Of a DNA stretch of 64,000 bases, positions 13,345 to 28,100 are shown one piece after another. Below the pieces are notes generated by a model. The model did not search any database. It was not told where the DNA came from and saw only the letters and a program-made list of their open reading frames with translations. Origin of the DNA: the human T2T-CHM13v2.0 reference genome, Homo sapiens; assembly GCF_009914755.1 (NCBI RefSeq), contig NC_060925.1. One strand, given 5' to 3'. How positions within the stretch are numbered: position 1 is the first letter of the stretch; every line of letters starts with the position of its first letter. A program made the position numbers and the translations under genes.

Positions 13345-13728
13345 TATATTAGTCTGTTTTCACACTGCTATAAAGACATACTGAGAATGGGTAATTTATG
13401 AAGAAAAGAGGTTTAATTGACTCACAGTTCTGCAGGCTATACAGGAAGCATGGCTGGGGAGGTCTCAGGAAACTTACAATCATGGTGGAAAGTGAAGGAG
13501 AAGCCAGCATGTCTTATGTGGCTGCAACAGGAGGAAGAGAGAGAGCAAAGGGGGAAGGGCTACACACTTTCAAACAACCAGATTTCATGAGAATTCACTA
13601 TCACAAGAATAGCAAGGGGGAAGTCTGCCCCCATGGTCCAACCTTCTCCCACCAGGTGCCCTCCCCCAACATTGGGGATTACAATTCAATATGAGATTTG
13701 GGTGGGGACACAGAGCCAAACCATATCA
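13345..13728 (-). mobile_element. MaLR solo LTR (THE1D/MSTA-like) nested in an L2
   Basis: TATTAGTCTGTTTTCACACTGCTATAAAG..AGAGGTTTAATTGACTCACAGTTC..GAGATTTGGGTGGGGACACAGAGCCAAACCATATCA. Confidence 0.92.
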
Positions 13729-13729
13729 G

Positions 13730-14530
13730 TGAGTGCCCAACCCCATCTTGGTAGTGGATGGTCAGGAAAAGCTTCCTTTAAGAACTGACATACAAGCTAA
13801 ACCTAAAAACAAAGTGGAGATTTTCAGGTGAAGGGGGATTGTGTGTGTGTGTGTGTGTGTATGTGTGTGTGTGTGTTTGTGTGTAGAAGGGGTTCAAGAA
13901 GAAGGAAAGACAAGTTCTAGGCAGAATAGATGGCATGGGAAAACACCCAGAGGCCAGAGATAATTTGGCAATTGAGAGAATTAGAAACCGAGATTATGGG
14001 TGGTTTTTAGAGCGCAGTAATATCATGGATGGAGGTATGGGGAGAGATTAGATTAGCAGGAACTAAAAAACGAGATAATAATGTATAGGCCAGGTGCAGA
14101 AATTTGTGCTTTAACCTTAGGGAAATGCAGAGCTACTGAACAATTGTAGAATAGTTTCATGATCAAATTTGGCTTTAAAGGAGATGATTTTAGCTGTGAT
14201 ACAGAGAACGGCTTGGAGGAGGCAGGACCAGCATCAGGGAGACCCACTGCAGTGGTCTTAGGTGATAAGAGCAGTAGCCTGACCTAAGGACTAGAATGGA
14301 GAAAGCAGGTGAATCTGAAAGATATTTAGGAATTGCAAAGAGTAGGACTTTGTGATTGAAGAATAGGATTGAGGGAGAGGAGGTGGCAATAAGAATACCC
14401 CTATTTCTGGCTTAGGCAACTGGATGGTGATAGTGGAGCCATTGATGGCTACAGAGACAGAGAAGGCAGCACAAGTGTGGAGGCATGGGGTGGAAAGATG
14501 AGAGCTGTATGGGCATGTGGAGGTATAGAA
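13730..14530 (-). mobile_element. LINE-2 fragment (3' part also at about 13175-13340)
   Basis: GGTCAGGAAAAGCTTCC, AGGACTTTGTGATTGA and TTTCTGGCTTAGGCAACTGGATGG are antisense L2 motifs. Confidence 0.65.
13840..13884 (+). repeat. (TG)n microsatellite, interrupted
   Basis: Direct reading. Confidence 0.95.
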
Positions 14531-14818
14531 ATACTTCTGTGCTGTTGACGAATAGTCAGCCCTTAGCAGGCACTCATATATTTTCTTCCACTGCCTCGCT
14601 CACCCTAACTAACCCAGTACCTAGGGCATTCTCAAGATCTAGAAATGGAACAGTTACTGTGTGACATAGCAGGAGGTCTCCTGTTCTGACTGGTTAGTGC
14701 CCTTGCCATACCAGATCAATATTTTTAACATCCCTTCTGTGGAGACAGTTCCTGTGGTAGGGTTCCTGTGGCAGTTGGTTGTAAAAAGACAAGAGCTGAG
14801 GAGAAAGAGGTTATAGCC

Positions 14819-15126
<308 letters not shown>

Positions 15127-17359
15127 GTCATAGCTAGCAATGTTTTATTTGAGAGTCACCACCTAAAGGGTAAAGCCTTTGAGTGCATGAAAGTCTTCAG
15201 GAAGAGTGTAGCAAGAAGGAAGACAGGGCCCAGGGCTAAGGAATTTGGACTTTACCCTACGAGAAGTGGGGAGCCAATAATGTATTTTAAGCAGGGGCAT
15301 GAGGCAACTGGTGAGGCCTGCAGGACTAAAGGGAGTGCCAGAGATGTCTGACAAGGTTGCTGCCCTCAATGAACTAATTGGGGTAGGCGAGATAAATGTC
15401 TCTTGGAAAGTAATGGTCATGCCAGGTGTGATGATTAAGTAGCAGGTGTGTAGCACAGAGAGTAAGGGGGCTAATTGTTTCCCACAAAGTAACTTGGAGC
15501 CCCTATGGTTAGGGCCGGATGAGGGCTTAGTCAATCAATTTGCCTTTGTGGTAATCCTGAATAGAAGAGGCTGCTCCTTGGGTGAGAAGACAAATAGACT
15601 TTTGAGTTCCCTTTAAAGGCTAGACACTTGGATAACTAGGAAGGGTTCTTAGTAAAAGCAAATGCCTTTTATGAGACTGTGCAGTTTACAAAGCCCTTTG
15701 ATGTCTGCTACCTCATTTCATTCTTTTAACAAGTAAGTTAGAGGACATTGCAGAGATAAGGAAGTGAGGCCCAGAGACGTTAGAAGTTAATTAATAAGTT
15801 ATGGAGCCAGTCTTCATGTCTGGGTCTTTAGATCCAAAGTTTGATTCTTTCACACTTCTCCAGTGGTTTGCAAACTGTGTTCCTTGGAGCCCTTCAGGGA
15901 TGCCTTGGGCTTGCAGGTGATGGGGAGGGGATGGGAAGCATTCAGGGAGCAGGGCTTCTGCTCCCAGAGCCCTACCTCAGCCAGGGCTCTCAGGAATTTT
16001 CCAGTTTTCTATGTCAGCCTGTTTTGGAAGGTTTCCCCCAAGGAAGCATTTCCCAATGTGGAAAAACCTACTCTATGCTGTCTTCAAGGCTATCTCTAGG
16101 TAGGCCTGTCCCTAAACCCTCCTCCGAAGTTGGTGTGAATTCCTGTGCTTAACCACATACAAGATCTAGCAAAACACTTCTTCTTTTCTAACCCTAACTC
16201 TTCAGCTCCAGCTCCAGCCTATTCCCTCTGGATCTTGTTCTAGGTTGTCTGGTGGTTCTTCTCAGTACAATCTGTTTCGTTTCTGCCCCAACACCCTACC
16301 ACCTTTTTCTAGATTCCTGGCACTCCAGACACTGGAAGAACGAGTATAAACATTTACCAGCTTGGATCCTTTCCCAGACATGCATTGTTGCTGACCCTGT
16401 GACCATCAGCTGGACAGTTTTAGTGTCTTCAAATCTTGATGGACTTGTATTTGGACACTTTGTGGCAGTGTTTTTCTGAAACCAGTGCATCTCAAGTAGT
16501 TGGATCTAATAATTCCTTTGTTCTCAGAAATTGTACGTTCATTAAAACAATCCTTTGTCCATTAAGTTACTTTTTTTAAAGGCTACAGTTTGCCTGGATG
16601 TATCCAGTAGGCATGAGTTAGAGATTAAAGACAAAGGGCCCAGGGGCAAAGGAAATAATTTTGTTTCCTAATCATACAGTGACATTACAAGTTAGCATTT
16701 CTGTAGTTTCCCTTGCTGAGAACTGCCTAGAATTTAGTGATAATTTCCTGACTCACAAATTGTGAAACCTAGGCCTAAGCCTTTCTCCTCTTCTTAAATA
16801 TTTATTGAGCACCTACAGTATAGGTGCAAAGCTTAGCTCTAGGCTCTGTAAAGGATACAGATTTTAACAAACAGTTTCTGCCTTCAAGGGAGTTAATGGT
16901 CCCAGCATGTGCCTAAGTAATACAAGGAGGAGGCAGGGAGGGGTGGATGGAGTAAGTGCTGAGGGTGGCCTGAAAATGGAAGTAATCAGTTTATTTCAGG
17001 GTTCCAAATGAGAACATTAGTATTATGCTAAGTAACTTCTCTTTTATATCCTGCTCCAGAAGTGTAGGGGTTGGTGGCAGAATCCCGCAGTGGACAGAGG
17101 CCCAGAAGCCAACTGGACAGAAGGTCTAGCAAGGAGAGCTGACCCTGATAAATCTAGTCCCAGCTGCTGGTGTGGTTGATGATAGAGAGCTGTGGGCTCC
17201 AGAGGAATTCTGGTGCTGAGACAAACTCACGTATTTCAGTTGTATGCTTTGCAAAATCTGTTTGATTGCCAGTAGCTCTTGAGCCCTTAGCCCCTGATAG
17301 GCTGGTCACCCACCAGATCCACAGCAGGGAGAACACAGGCTCTGCAGACAGAGACTGGG

Positions 17360-17545
17360 TATAGGTTACTGCTCTCTTTCTCACTTTACTGTGTTGGTTG
17401 CTTAACTTCTCTTGCCTCAGGGTTCTCACAGTGCAGAGGGGAAATGATACCTACCTTGATGGGTGGTTGAAAGGGTGGGAGAGCGTGCAGGGAAAGAGCT
17501 TGGCATACAGTAGACACTCATTAGATAGTACCTCATTACTTTTGT
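17360..17545 (+). mobile_element. MIR SINE fragment
   Basis: TTGCTTAACTTCTCTTGCCTCAG..ATACCTACCT..TGGCATACAGTAGACACTCA. Confidence 0.6.
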
Positions 17546-19339
17546 TATGAATCCAAGGGCTTCATGGTGGGATCAAGGACCACAGCTGTGGTGGCCTAGC
17601 ACAGATGTTGCATTTTACTCTTGTGAGTGGTCAGGAAAGCCATGCTGTATGGTGGAGTGAGGGTCTAGAGATCAGGCCCCCATCCCCACCCCGCTCCCCA
17701 GAGCCTCCAGGGGACCTTGGACAAGACTCTTAACCTTCTCTGTACATTATTCCTATTCAAACACTGATAAAATGGAAGTGAAAAATCACAACCTTCTGAA
17801 TTGAAAGGGACCTTTCAATATAATCTACAATAGGTGTATTTAGTAGAAGAGACAGTTGAGGCTTAGACAAGGTGAAATGAAGCTCCAAAGGCAAATCAGG
17901 GGGTGGCCCTGTCTTGACTCCCAATATAATGCTCCCCTTCACATAGTTGCTACCCAAGTAGGTGGTGGCTTGAGAGTTTGGGAGCATTCATGAACTATTG
18001 CATCTGAGGTGCTTTTGGCTGGACCACTTATATCATAGACAAATCCATTTTTATTAGCATCATTCAAGGTTCATAGCATAAAGGCAGCAAGAAATGGTAG
18101 TGAAAATATGCTGTCTTCCCCCTAAACCAGTTTTAATTTCTTAACTCCCTCCTGCCCCTTAGTTCCTCTAAGTATTTTCCTCCTCTGACCTGATATTCAT
18201 TCACTTGGTATTTATTCCACATGTACTAGGCTTTGCGTACTACAGGGACTTCATAGCCAAGACATGCAAAGTTGAAAAGTTGGATAAACAATACAGGAAA
18301 AACAAAAGTGAACAAAAATGCAAAGCACTATATGATTAAATGTTAAATGAGAAATCTATGCCTGTGGTTCCCAAATGCTAATTTATGGATTTGTACTTGT
18401 TGATGATAACATTTTCATCAGTTTTCTGTGAAATGAGAAAAATAGGGCAAGGTGTGATTATTTCATAAGGCTACATTTATTTAATAGGATTTTCTGAGAT
18501 TATATCCTTCCAACATTTTAGTGCTAAAATGCCCTTTCTTTTATGAGATGTTGGAGCATAAATAGTGGTGGTTGAAAGCCCATACTTAAAAAAATAGAAA
18601 GTTGGCCACATTATATTGGTTTCTTTTGAAATTTGGCTCATCCTTGAAATCTAAAGCTAAGACAACCACTGGTGGGCACAAAAGTCCAGAGTGAAGGGGA
18701 GGAGCAATTTTTGAGGAGTGGAGTGCTCAGGGAGAGCTCCAAGGACAAGGACAAACACTGATAAGGAATTGAAGGATGAGAGGATTCAATAATGTGGAGA
18801 GGTTTGGGGAGGCTTCCTCTTGAGAGGATAACGTGAGAAGAGCCTTGGGAGCAAGTGTGGAGGGTCTGTTCAGGGCAATAGGGAGAAAAGTTTGGATGCC
18901 TTGTCTTTTTACCTGCTGTGCTCGTAAAAAATTCACCCAGTTGTTACCACAATAAAAACTGATCTTTGGCTCCTTTCAATTAACCAGGTCACTGTCCTGA
19001 ACTACTTGCCCCAGTCACTGAATCAATGCCCCAGTTCACCTTGTATTCCAGAACTAGTCTTTCATCTGCTCAAGGCAAGGTCAAAAACAGGCATACAAGA
19101 GCATCTGATGCTCAGTAACTCAGCTCCAGTTCTGACTTCTTTTTTTTCATCCTTGACCATAATTTAGACTCATTAATGGGTTAGATGGTCTTTGCTCATT
19201 CTGGCCTCGTTTCTGGGCCCTACACCCTAGGCCATGCCCTTGAATGTGTCCCTAGCTCTGTGAGGAGGACCCATGAGCAGTAGTGTGCCAGATGCGTCAC
19301 AGAGGGGACTTAGGGAATGGAAGAAGGCTCAACAGGATG

Positions 19340-19770
19340 CATTTACTGGGTGGAGAGGGAGGAACTGGTGGCCTATGCCTGTGGGACTGAGGTTCGGATG
19401 GTTACCATTGACTAAAATGGGAAGAGAGCCTGTTTGGAGGAGAAGAATTTGGTTTCAGGGATGTTGAGCCCAGGAATGGGAAGGGAGAACTGGTAAGAAA
19501 TTGGAGGGAGGTGAAGGGAGGATGAGGAGAAGGACCAGGTCCATTTGGAGTCATGGTCAAGGTCTTCTGGAGAGAGACTGCATCATTGCTGATGGTACCA
19601 GTGAGTGAGGAGGAAACTGAAAAGAGTTCAGCCTCACAGGAAGGCTGGAAATTAGTGCAGGAGGGATGGGCAGGTGAGTAGGAGGCTGGGGAGGTCACAG
19701 AGGACAAGATGAGAGAGTCCATTAACCTAGAGAACATACCATTTGTGTCTGTAGGGGGTACTCCTGTGTT
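19340..19770 (-). mobile_element. LINE-2 fragment
   Basis: Purine-rich degenerate antisense L2 pattern. Confidence 0.45.
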
Positions 19771-20433
19771 CTGGACTAGGAGGAGTTGTGTTTCACTATG
19801 GGTGAAGAGCCTGAGGGTAAGGAGAGGCTGTGCCTGTTCTGCGACCCTCCATGTGATCTGAGGTATTCCCTTGGCACATACTCAGACACCCACCTCCTTT
19901 GCTTGGTGTCTTCAATCTTTCCATACCTCCTCCTCAGGGGGAAGAAGTCCTTGCTTCAAGTAACTGACTGGCTGCAAGTCATGGAGAGGGTTGGGGCCAA
20001 GGGAGCCATCTTTTTTTACGCCTCCCTCTGGGGCTGCTAAGAGCAGTAGATCTGTTTGAGCTTATTTATGTGCCTGGAGTTGAGAGCTCATATTTTGCTT
20101 ATTCAACCAGCTTCCCACGCTGCCAGGAAGGCACTAAGCAGCAGAAATTCATGTTCACCCTCTCTGTCTCCCTCTCTCTCTCACTCTGTCTTTGGTATTC
20201 TTCAGCTCCAATGGGAGCTAATATTTACCTGCAGTGTTAGCTGTGGGGCCGTGGGATGTGGCAGCTGGAGGTGGAGAAGACTTTTTTCTCCCTTCCTCCT
20301 CCACCTGTCTTTCCCTAGAGATTTGAAAAGGGAAAAATTGTAATTTTAATCTTTAAGACTGCCTGTTTGAGATTTCAGATGTTGTTGAGAAAAGTCAAGG
20401 GGTCTTGTGCTCACTTTTCTACTGAAAGATAAG

Positions 20434-20792
20434 TGTCTTAGTCTGTGAGCCTCTATAATAAAGTACCACAAAGTAAGTGGCTTGTAACAACAGAAATTTA
20501 TTTTTTATAGTTCTGGAGGCTGGGAAGTCCAAGATCAAGGCACTGGTAGATTTGGTGTCTGGCAAGGGCCCTCTGCCTGATGGATACCTTTCTTTCCACT
20601 GTAACCTTACAAGGTGTAAGGGGCAAAGGATCTCTTTGGGGCCTCTTTTAAAAGGGCACTAATCTCATTCATGGGGGCTCCACCCTTATGACCTAATCAC
20701 TTCCCAAAGGCCCCACCTCCTAATACCATCCCCGTGGGGGGTTAGGATTTCAACATATGAATTTGGGTGAACATAAACATTCAGTCCATCAA
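20434..20792 (-). mobile_element. MaLR solo LTR (MLT1A-like)
   Basis: TGTCTTAGTC..AGTTCTGGAGGCTGGGAAGTCCAAGATCAAGG..CCCAAAGGCCCCACCTCCTAATACCATC..AACATTCAGTCCAT. Confidence 0.9.
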
Positions 20793-22239
20793 AACAAGGA
20801 GGAAGATGAGATTGGTGGGCTTTTAGGACATGCTGCAGAGAAGGGAGAAAATGTCAGCCAAGGAATACTGTCATACTGTTCCTTACAAGTGGAGTGACTC
20901 CCGCGTTGGTGACAAGAGGGCATGGATGACAGAGTCTGAGACATTACTATGACTGGTCTTACTTGGTGCTGGTCAGCTCGGACAACTTCTGCAGGGGGAG
21001 CCTAGCAGATTTCATGTGCTAGGCACAACAAGCAGGGCTGGCAGCCATAGCTTCTCCCTACCTGCAGGGAATGTGCATAGGGGCAAGTTCCCTCTGAGCC
21101 CACTGCCTGGTGCTGACTCAGCCCAAGTGCTTACCTGCTCACCAGTCAGGAGTTGAACATATAGATGAAGTTGAACGAATGTCTGAGGCCAGGAATAGGA
21201 AAAATGTCTCAGCTCAATGTGGTTTGCGCATGACAAAAAGAGTAACTGGTGATATTTCTAAGACCTTGGTACATTCCCACTATGGGACAGGATCGTCCCT
21301 CTCCAGGATGCTGGGGGAAGGGACAGGTGGGAGATGGGGCAGGGATGAAAAGGAGAACCTTGAGGCCGGGAGTGGGTGGGGATGTTGGCCTGCATGGATT
21401 CCACACAAGGTCTAAGTCCATCTGTGTGTGTAAGCCAGCGCCCATAGCGGCTGGAGGCTCCTCCACTCACTTCTCCAGTGCCTTTTCCTGCCTTTATAGC
21501 AGTTTTCCAGAAAGTCTATTCCTGTTCTTCAAACTGCTCTTTTATGCTGTGTGTCATGATTTCTCATGCCCCAGTTTGTCCTGTTGTTGCCATGGTAGCT
21601 GGCTAGGGGTTGTCTCCAGTTGGGTGGGAATATCTTGCTGGCAGGCCACGGAGGCAGAAGAAGATATGGGTGACTTCAGGCTGGTGCTTCGGGGACTCCT
21701 GGTGTTACAGACCACCACCTGGCTCCCCATTCCTACCCCTCTGCATTTCCCACAGTTTCCTATGCCCACCAGAAGGCAAAAACAGAGGAGGAAATAAGTG
21801 TAATATTTGCCTTTGTTACGGCCATTTCAGAAAAAGCCTGGCAAGGCATAGACTGCCCCTTTCAAGATTGAGCTATGGCAGAACTAAGATGGGACCCTTG
21901 TCTGGGCAAGAACCGCAAGGGAACACTTGTCCCATCAACACTTAGAAAGAGAAAAGAAGGCAGCAGACAGCAAGGCAGGATTTAGCTGTGAAAAGCCACT
22001 TCCAAGAAACACGAAGATAAACTGAATGCCCTTGACACCTATGAGCTAAGCATCTGGCAGCTGGGACTCTCCATGCCTATGAATATAGAAACTTTTGTAT
22101 GGGCCCTTGACTTCACTTTTGTGAAGTTTCCTGTGATTTGGGCACACTGCATTATTGTTTGCCTTTCTATCTTTCACTTTGGTTTCTATCACATTTGATG
22201 GCTACTTTTCACATGATACATTTTAAATCATTTATTTAC

Positions 22240-22295
22240 CCATCCATCCATCCATCCATCCATCCATCCATCCATCCATCCATCCACCCATCCAT
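22240..22295 (+). repeat. (CCAT)n microsatellite grown from an L2 3' tail
   Basis: About 14 units abutting TTATTCAACAAATATT, the antisense L2 terminus. Confidence 0.95.
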
Positions 22296-23785
22296 TTATT
22301 CAACAAATATTCAAGAAATAACCATTGATTACATACTATATATTATGTACTGTTCCAACTATGGGGAGATAGCAGTGAACAATATTGACAGTCTCTGCTC
22401 TCAAGGAGCTTACATTCATCTGAGATAGATCAATAACAAATAGACAAGAAAATACAGGATAGTAAAGAGTGGAAGATTAACCTGGGGTGATGTCACAGAC
22501 TGTGACTGGGTGGATGGTCCAGGAAGGCTCTGCAAAGGTAGCATGTGAGCTGAGATCTGAAAGCCAGGAAGCAACCACTATGGGAGGATGGGGAAGAACA
22601 TTCCTAGTACAGGGAACAACATTCCCAGTACAGGGAACAACTAGCTTAATGCCCTAAGGCAGAAGCAAGATTGGTATGTTTGAGAAACCTCAAGGAGGGC
22701 AGTTGAGATAGGTGAGCCGGTGAGCACTTGGGCTGAGTCAGCACCAGGCAGCAGGCTCTGAGGGAACTTGCCCTTTACACATGTTCAGGTAGGGAGAAGC
22801 TATGGCTCCCAGCCTTGCTTGTTGTTGTGTCTAGCACATGAACTCTGTGAGGATTCCTCTGTAGAAGCTGCCCACGCTGGCCAGTGCCAAGTAAACCAGT
22901 CATAGTAATGCCTCAGACTCCATCATCCATGCCCTCTTGTGCCTAACACTGGAGCTACTCCACCTGTGACTGGAGCGATGGGGAAGGACGTGGAAGATAC
23001 AGTCAGAGGGTTAGTGTGCCAGACACCTTACCTGCACCACGTCACAGCCTTGTGGCCTCAACTGTTTCTGGGACTTTTGGCTGCTTGTTCAGGTTCCAGT
23101 TGTCACTGCAGTGACTGACCAACTCCATGCATGTAAAACCCGACAGCACTTCACCTCATGAAGGTGTACCTCCCACCTCTTACCCTGGAGCTTCCCTATT
23201 GACACCAACTCACGAGATGCACAGGACTCTCCTGGGCAACTGGAAGGTGGAGAGGAAATTAACTCCCTGAGTGATGAACATTTGATCAGTGAGAGATTGA
23301 GCAGATGAATTCTTCTCTGTCTTCTGATGGACTGTCCTGAGGCACAGTTGTCTTTTACCAATGGCCAGCTAGGTAATGCACCATCATATTGGCTCTCCCT
23401 CCTTGCCTGCCTTACTTCCCTTTTCCCTCACTCCTGCTTCCTTGCGTTTGCATACCTTAATAAAGGCACCTGAACCCTTGCCTCAGGCTCTGCTTTCTGG
23501 GGGAAACCACACTTAGACGGAGAGGCAGGCACCAGCTGATATAGGGCCTGGTAGGACATGATAAGGAATTTACATTTCATTTTGAGAATTAGGGGAGGTT
23601 ATTAGAGAATACTGAACTGGAGAATGATATGGTCTGTTAGACTTTTAAAAAAGCTGACTCTGGTTGCAGTTTGGAGAATAGATTGAAGGAAGGCAGGATG
23701 AGCAGTGGGCAGGCTACTATCACAGTTCAGGGGAGAGATGGATGATGGCATGAACCAGAGTGGGAGCAGTGGTGGTCATGAGCCT
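22296..23785 (-). mobile_element. LINE-2 3' region split by an LTR insertion
   Basis: L2 motifs at 22296-22715 (CTCTGCTCTCAAGGAGCTTACATTC, GAGCTGAGATCTGAA) resume at about 23520 (TAGGGCCTGGTAGGACATGATAAGGAATTT). Confidence 0.7.
22720..23519 (+). mobile_element. ERVL-class solo LTR (LTR16/LTR33-like); left boundary uncertain
   Basis: Terminal AATAAA..AACCCTTGCCTCAGGCTCTGCTTTCTGGGGGAAACC..TTAGAC is typical of old ERVL LTR 3' ends. Confidence 0.6.
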
Positions 23786-24674
23786 GTGTGTTTGTGAAGG
23801 GCAACCATAAGACAAGGCTGTACTGAGAAGCATACTGGGTAGTGGGCCAGGAACAGGACCCACACCTTTGCACAGCAGCTGTTATGGTTGAAATTCAAAT
23901 ATGTGGTTCAGCAAGACAACAAATTACAACCTACCAAGGACCTTCATCACCTGTTGAACATAGAGAGACTTCAGCTGGGGAGAACTGAAGACCTTTACAG
24001 AAACCTCAGGACATTTTTATTCAAACCCATCCATGGAGTTCCCTCAGGAGGAAGGAGCTTGGGTTCAGCTCCTAGTTGAATCAAGTAACTCTCCGCCTTC
24101 ATCTGTTTAATTCATTTACACTTAGAGTAGTATTTCTTTTGCAGAAAGGGATGCATGGCTAAAAATGTACTACTGCTTCCATTAATGAAAATTAATTTAG
24201 CTTAATAAGATGAGTCTGAATCTTGGATTCTGCCAGCCCTGAGTTTGAATTCTAGTTTGACCCGTTTCTAGGTATGTGGCCTTTAAGTTTCTCATCTGCA
24301 ATATGGGAATTAACACTAACTTCCTGGAGTTGTGAGAGTTAAATGATTTGGGTGTATAAAATATCTGATACATGCTCTTTATACCCTCTTTACTCCACTC
24401 ATAGTAAATAAATCCTGTGGGAAGCTGAAGTACGGTGGGGATTGAATTGAGGTGGGTGCAACCTTAGCCCTCACCTGGTAGACTTCCTTCTAGAGTTTAA
24501 CCTGGAGATACTGGAGCTTTTGCCATTAAGGGAGGTAACAGATCATTACAAAACATTCCTCTGGAGTTATTCAGGAGACTAGAACTGAGCCCTTTCTTTT
24601 GAGAGGGTCAAAACAGTATCGGTTTATGAATGACTATGATAGTACCCCTGTGAGATAGTTTAAAAGAAGTGTTG

Positions 24675-24994
<320 letters not shown>

Positions 24995-25189
24995 TTATAG
25001 ATGATAGTTTCTAATACTTCAGGCAGTTGTGCCTTCCCTCTGCAATCAAACTCTGGGGCATTTTTCCCCTTGATGCTGTCTTCTTCACTTGCTCAACCAA
25101 AAATACCAGCTCTTGCAGAATAAATCATCAATTTCTGAGGGTGGCTGATGTGAACAACTCATATGAATCTCAGGCCCATCTTAGATTTT

Positions 25190-28100
25190 TTTTTTTTTGG
25201 GAAATTACAAAAGTATTTTACATTTGTTATAGAAAATATGGAAAAGCATATGGAAGAAAATGAAAATTATCCGTAATGCCATCATGTACAACTGATCGTT
25301 AATAATGGATAAATATCCTTCTAGGCTTTTTTTTCCCTACACACATACCTGTATGTATATTCACACACATACATATACCCACATACAGCTTATTATACTA
25401 ATGGGGATTATAGGGTGCACATCTTGCTTTTGTAACCAGCTTTACTGATTAATAATATATTATGAACAGTGTACTGTGTCATTAAATATAGTTTTACCAT
25501 GTGATTTTGAATAATTGCAAGAATTCTCTTATGTGATTCTTATGATTTGATAACAAGTTCCTTATTGTTTTTCACTTACAATACAAAAAGATTGTAGTTT
25601 TTAATATTCAAATGAACAATCCAATGACCAGTTTTATAAATGCATCTTCATGTGCAAGTCTAATGACCTGATAAGGAGAAATTCCTAGGATTAGAATTAT
25701 TGGGGCATAGGCTGTGCACATATTTATGACTCTTGAGAAGTATTGCCCTACCTCCTTCAGGAAAGGTTGTGCTAATTCCAACCTCACCCACAGTGAATGA
25801 GATTGCACTCATCTTTGCCAACTCTGGGTATTTCAGTTAGTAAGAATGTCTCTTGAACTTCTCCTAAACACAGTTTAATTATGATATATTTCGAACATTT
25901 GTATAGAAAACAAGAGACACCCACGTACCCACTACCAAGATTAAATACATAATAATATTTGCCATATTTGCTTCATCCCTCTCCCATTTTCAAATAAATA
26001 CAATGTTACAGATGCATTTTGTATGCTCATTCTTTGTTCCTTGCTCCGGAAGTCATCACTCCTCTGAGATTGATATTTCATTACCATGTGCATTTTTGTA
26101 ATTTTACTACATGTGCATTTATGAAAAAGCATGTATATGAATTTTTTGAGTTTTAAAGTTTTATTTACGTGATACATAGAATGTGTCCTTTTGCAGCAAA
26201 ATGAACATTTGTTTTTAAGATTTACCAGTATTATTACATGCATACTGAGTTCATTATTTCACTTTCTGCATAGAACTCCATTGTATAAATAAATCACAGG
26301 TTCTTAATTCGCTTCCCTTCTGAGGGGAGGCTAGGTTGCTATAATTTTTTGTTATTACAGATAAAATGATCATCTTGTCCATGTCTCTTGGGTGCATGTG
26401 TGAGATTTTCTCTGGGAAAGATACCTAAAAGTGGAATTGCTGAGTTTAGGAATACACATTTCCAACTTTTATTAGGTACAGTAGTTCCCCCTTATCTGCA
26501 GGGGATAAGACCCCCAGTGGATGCCTCAAACTGTGGATAGTACCAAATCTTATAAATGCTATATTTTTCCTACACATACATACCTATGATAAAGTTTAAT
26601 TTATAAATTAGACACAGGAAGAGATGAATAATAACTATTAATAAAATAGAACAATTATGTGATATACTGTAATGAAAGCTATTCACATAACTTATATGGG
26701 CTCTCTCTCCCTCTCTAAAATTATCTTAATATTTTTGGACTCTGGTTGACTGAGGGTAATGGAAAGTGAAACTGTGGATAAGGTGGGGACTACTGTATTA
26801 TCTAACACATTGCTTTTCAGAGTGAATGTGTCATTTCCACTCTGCATATCATATGCAGCACTCCCATTTCTATATATCTTCAACATCACTTGAGATGTTC
26901 AGAATTATTAAAGTGTGCCAATCTGATGGGTGTGAAATGGAATCCAATTATTGCATTAATTGCACTTTCCCTGATTACTAATGAAATTGAGCACTGAACA
27001 TATGTTTGTTGGCCATTTGGATTTCCTCTTGTGTGAACTGTAGATTCCTATCCTCTGCCCATATTTCTATGAGGTAGTATGTGTTTTTCTTATGATTTCT
27101 GAGAATCTTGTATATGTTCTAGATAGAATTCGTGAGTTGTCAGTATCTTCTCCCCCACATGACTTGTCTTTTTCACTTTGTTTATGGTGCTTTTTGTCAT
27201 ACAGAGTTATTAATTTTAGTGTGGTAAAATGTATCTGCATTTTTTTGATGATTTTTGTTCATCTTCTCTCATTAAAAAATTCCTTCCACATACTGAGATA
27301 AAAAAGAAGTCATTTATATTTTTTAAATAACATTTTTTACAGTTTTGCATATCACATTTGGCTCTTTTAATCTATCTGGAATTAATTTTTGTGTATAGTG
27401 TGAGGTGGGCTCTAATTTTATCTATTTTTTCTCTGCTATGATTAGTCCTTTGACTCAACACCATTTAGTGAGTAGGCAATTCTTATCTGCTGTTTCTGGG
27501 CACTTTATTTTATTCCACTGGTCTATTTGTATATCCCTCTCACCCATGTCTCACTAATTTAGTTTTTATAACTTTGTAGTTTTGGTATATTAATTCTCCC
27601 CAAATTGTCTTGGCTATTGGCTCTTTATTCATCATATGATTTTTAGGATCACCTTGTCACATTTCACTAAAAAGATTAGATTTTAATTGAAATGGAATAA
27701 ATGGATAGATTAACCTAAGGGAGCCTTGCCATATTTAAGCTACTTCGTTTTTTGTTTTTTTTTTAGTCCCTGGGCATGACTTATTTCTTCTTATGTTTAG
27801 AGCTTTCTTAAAGTCCCTCAAGAGAGTTGAAAATTTTTCTTTACATCTTTAATTGGGTTTGTTTTTAGGTACCTTATGGTTTTGTTGCTTTTGCATGGTG
27901 TCTTCTTATCATTACTTTTTCTGAGTCTTTGTTTTAGGTGTACCAGAACTTGTACTTTTGTACACTGATTTCATGTCCACCATCTTTGTAGAATTCTCTT
28001 ACTACTGTGAGTGGCTTTTTTTTTTTTTTTGTAGGCAACTCTTATATTTTGGATGCAGGCAGCATCACCTGTGAATAATGATAACTTTGTTTTTTCCTTT

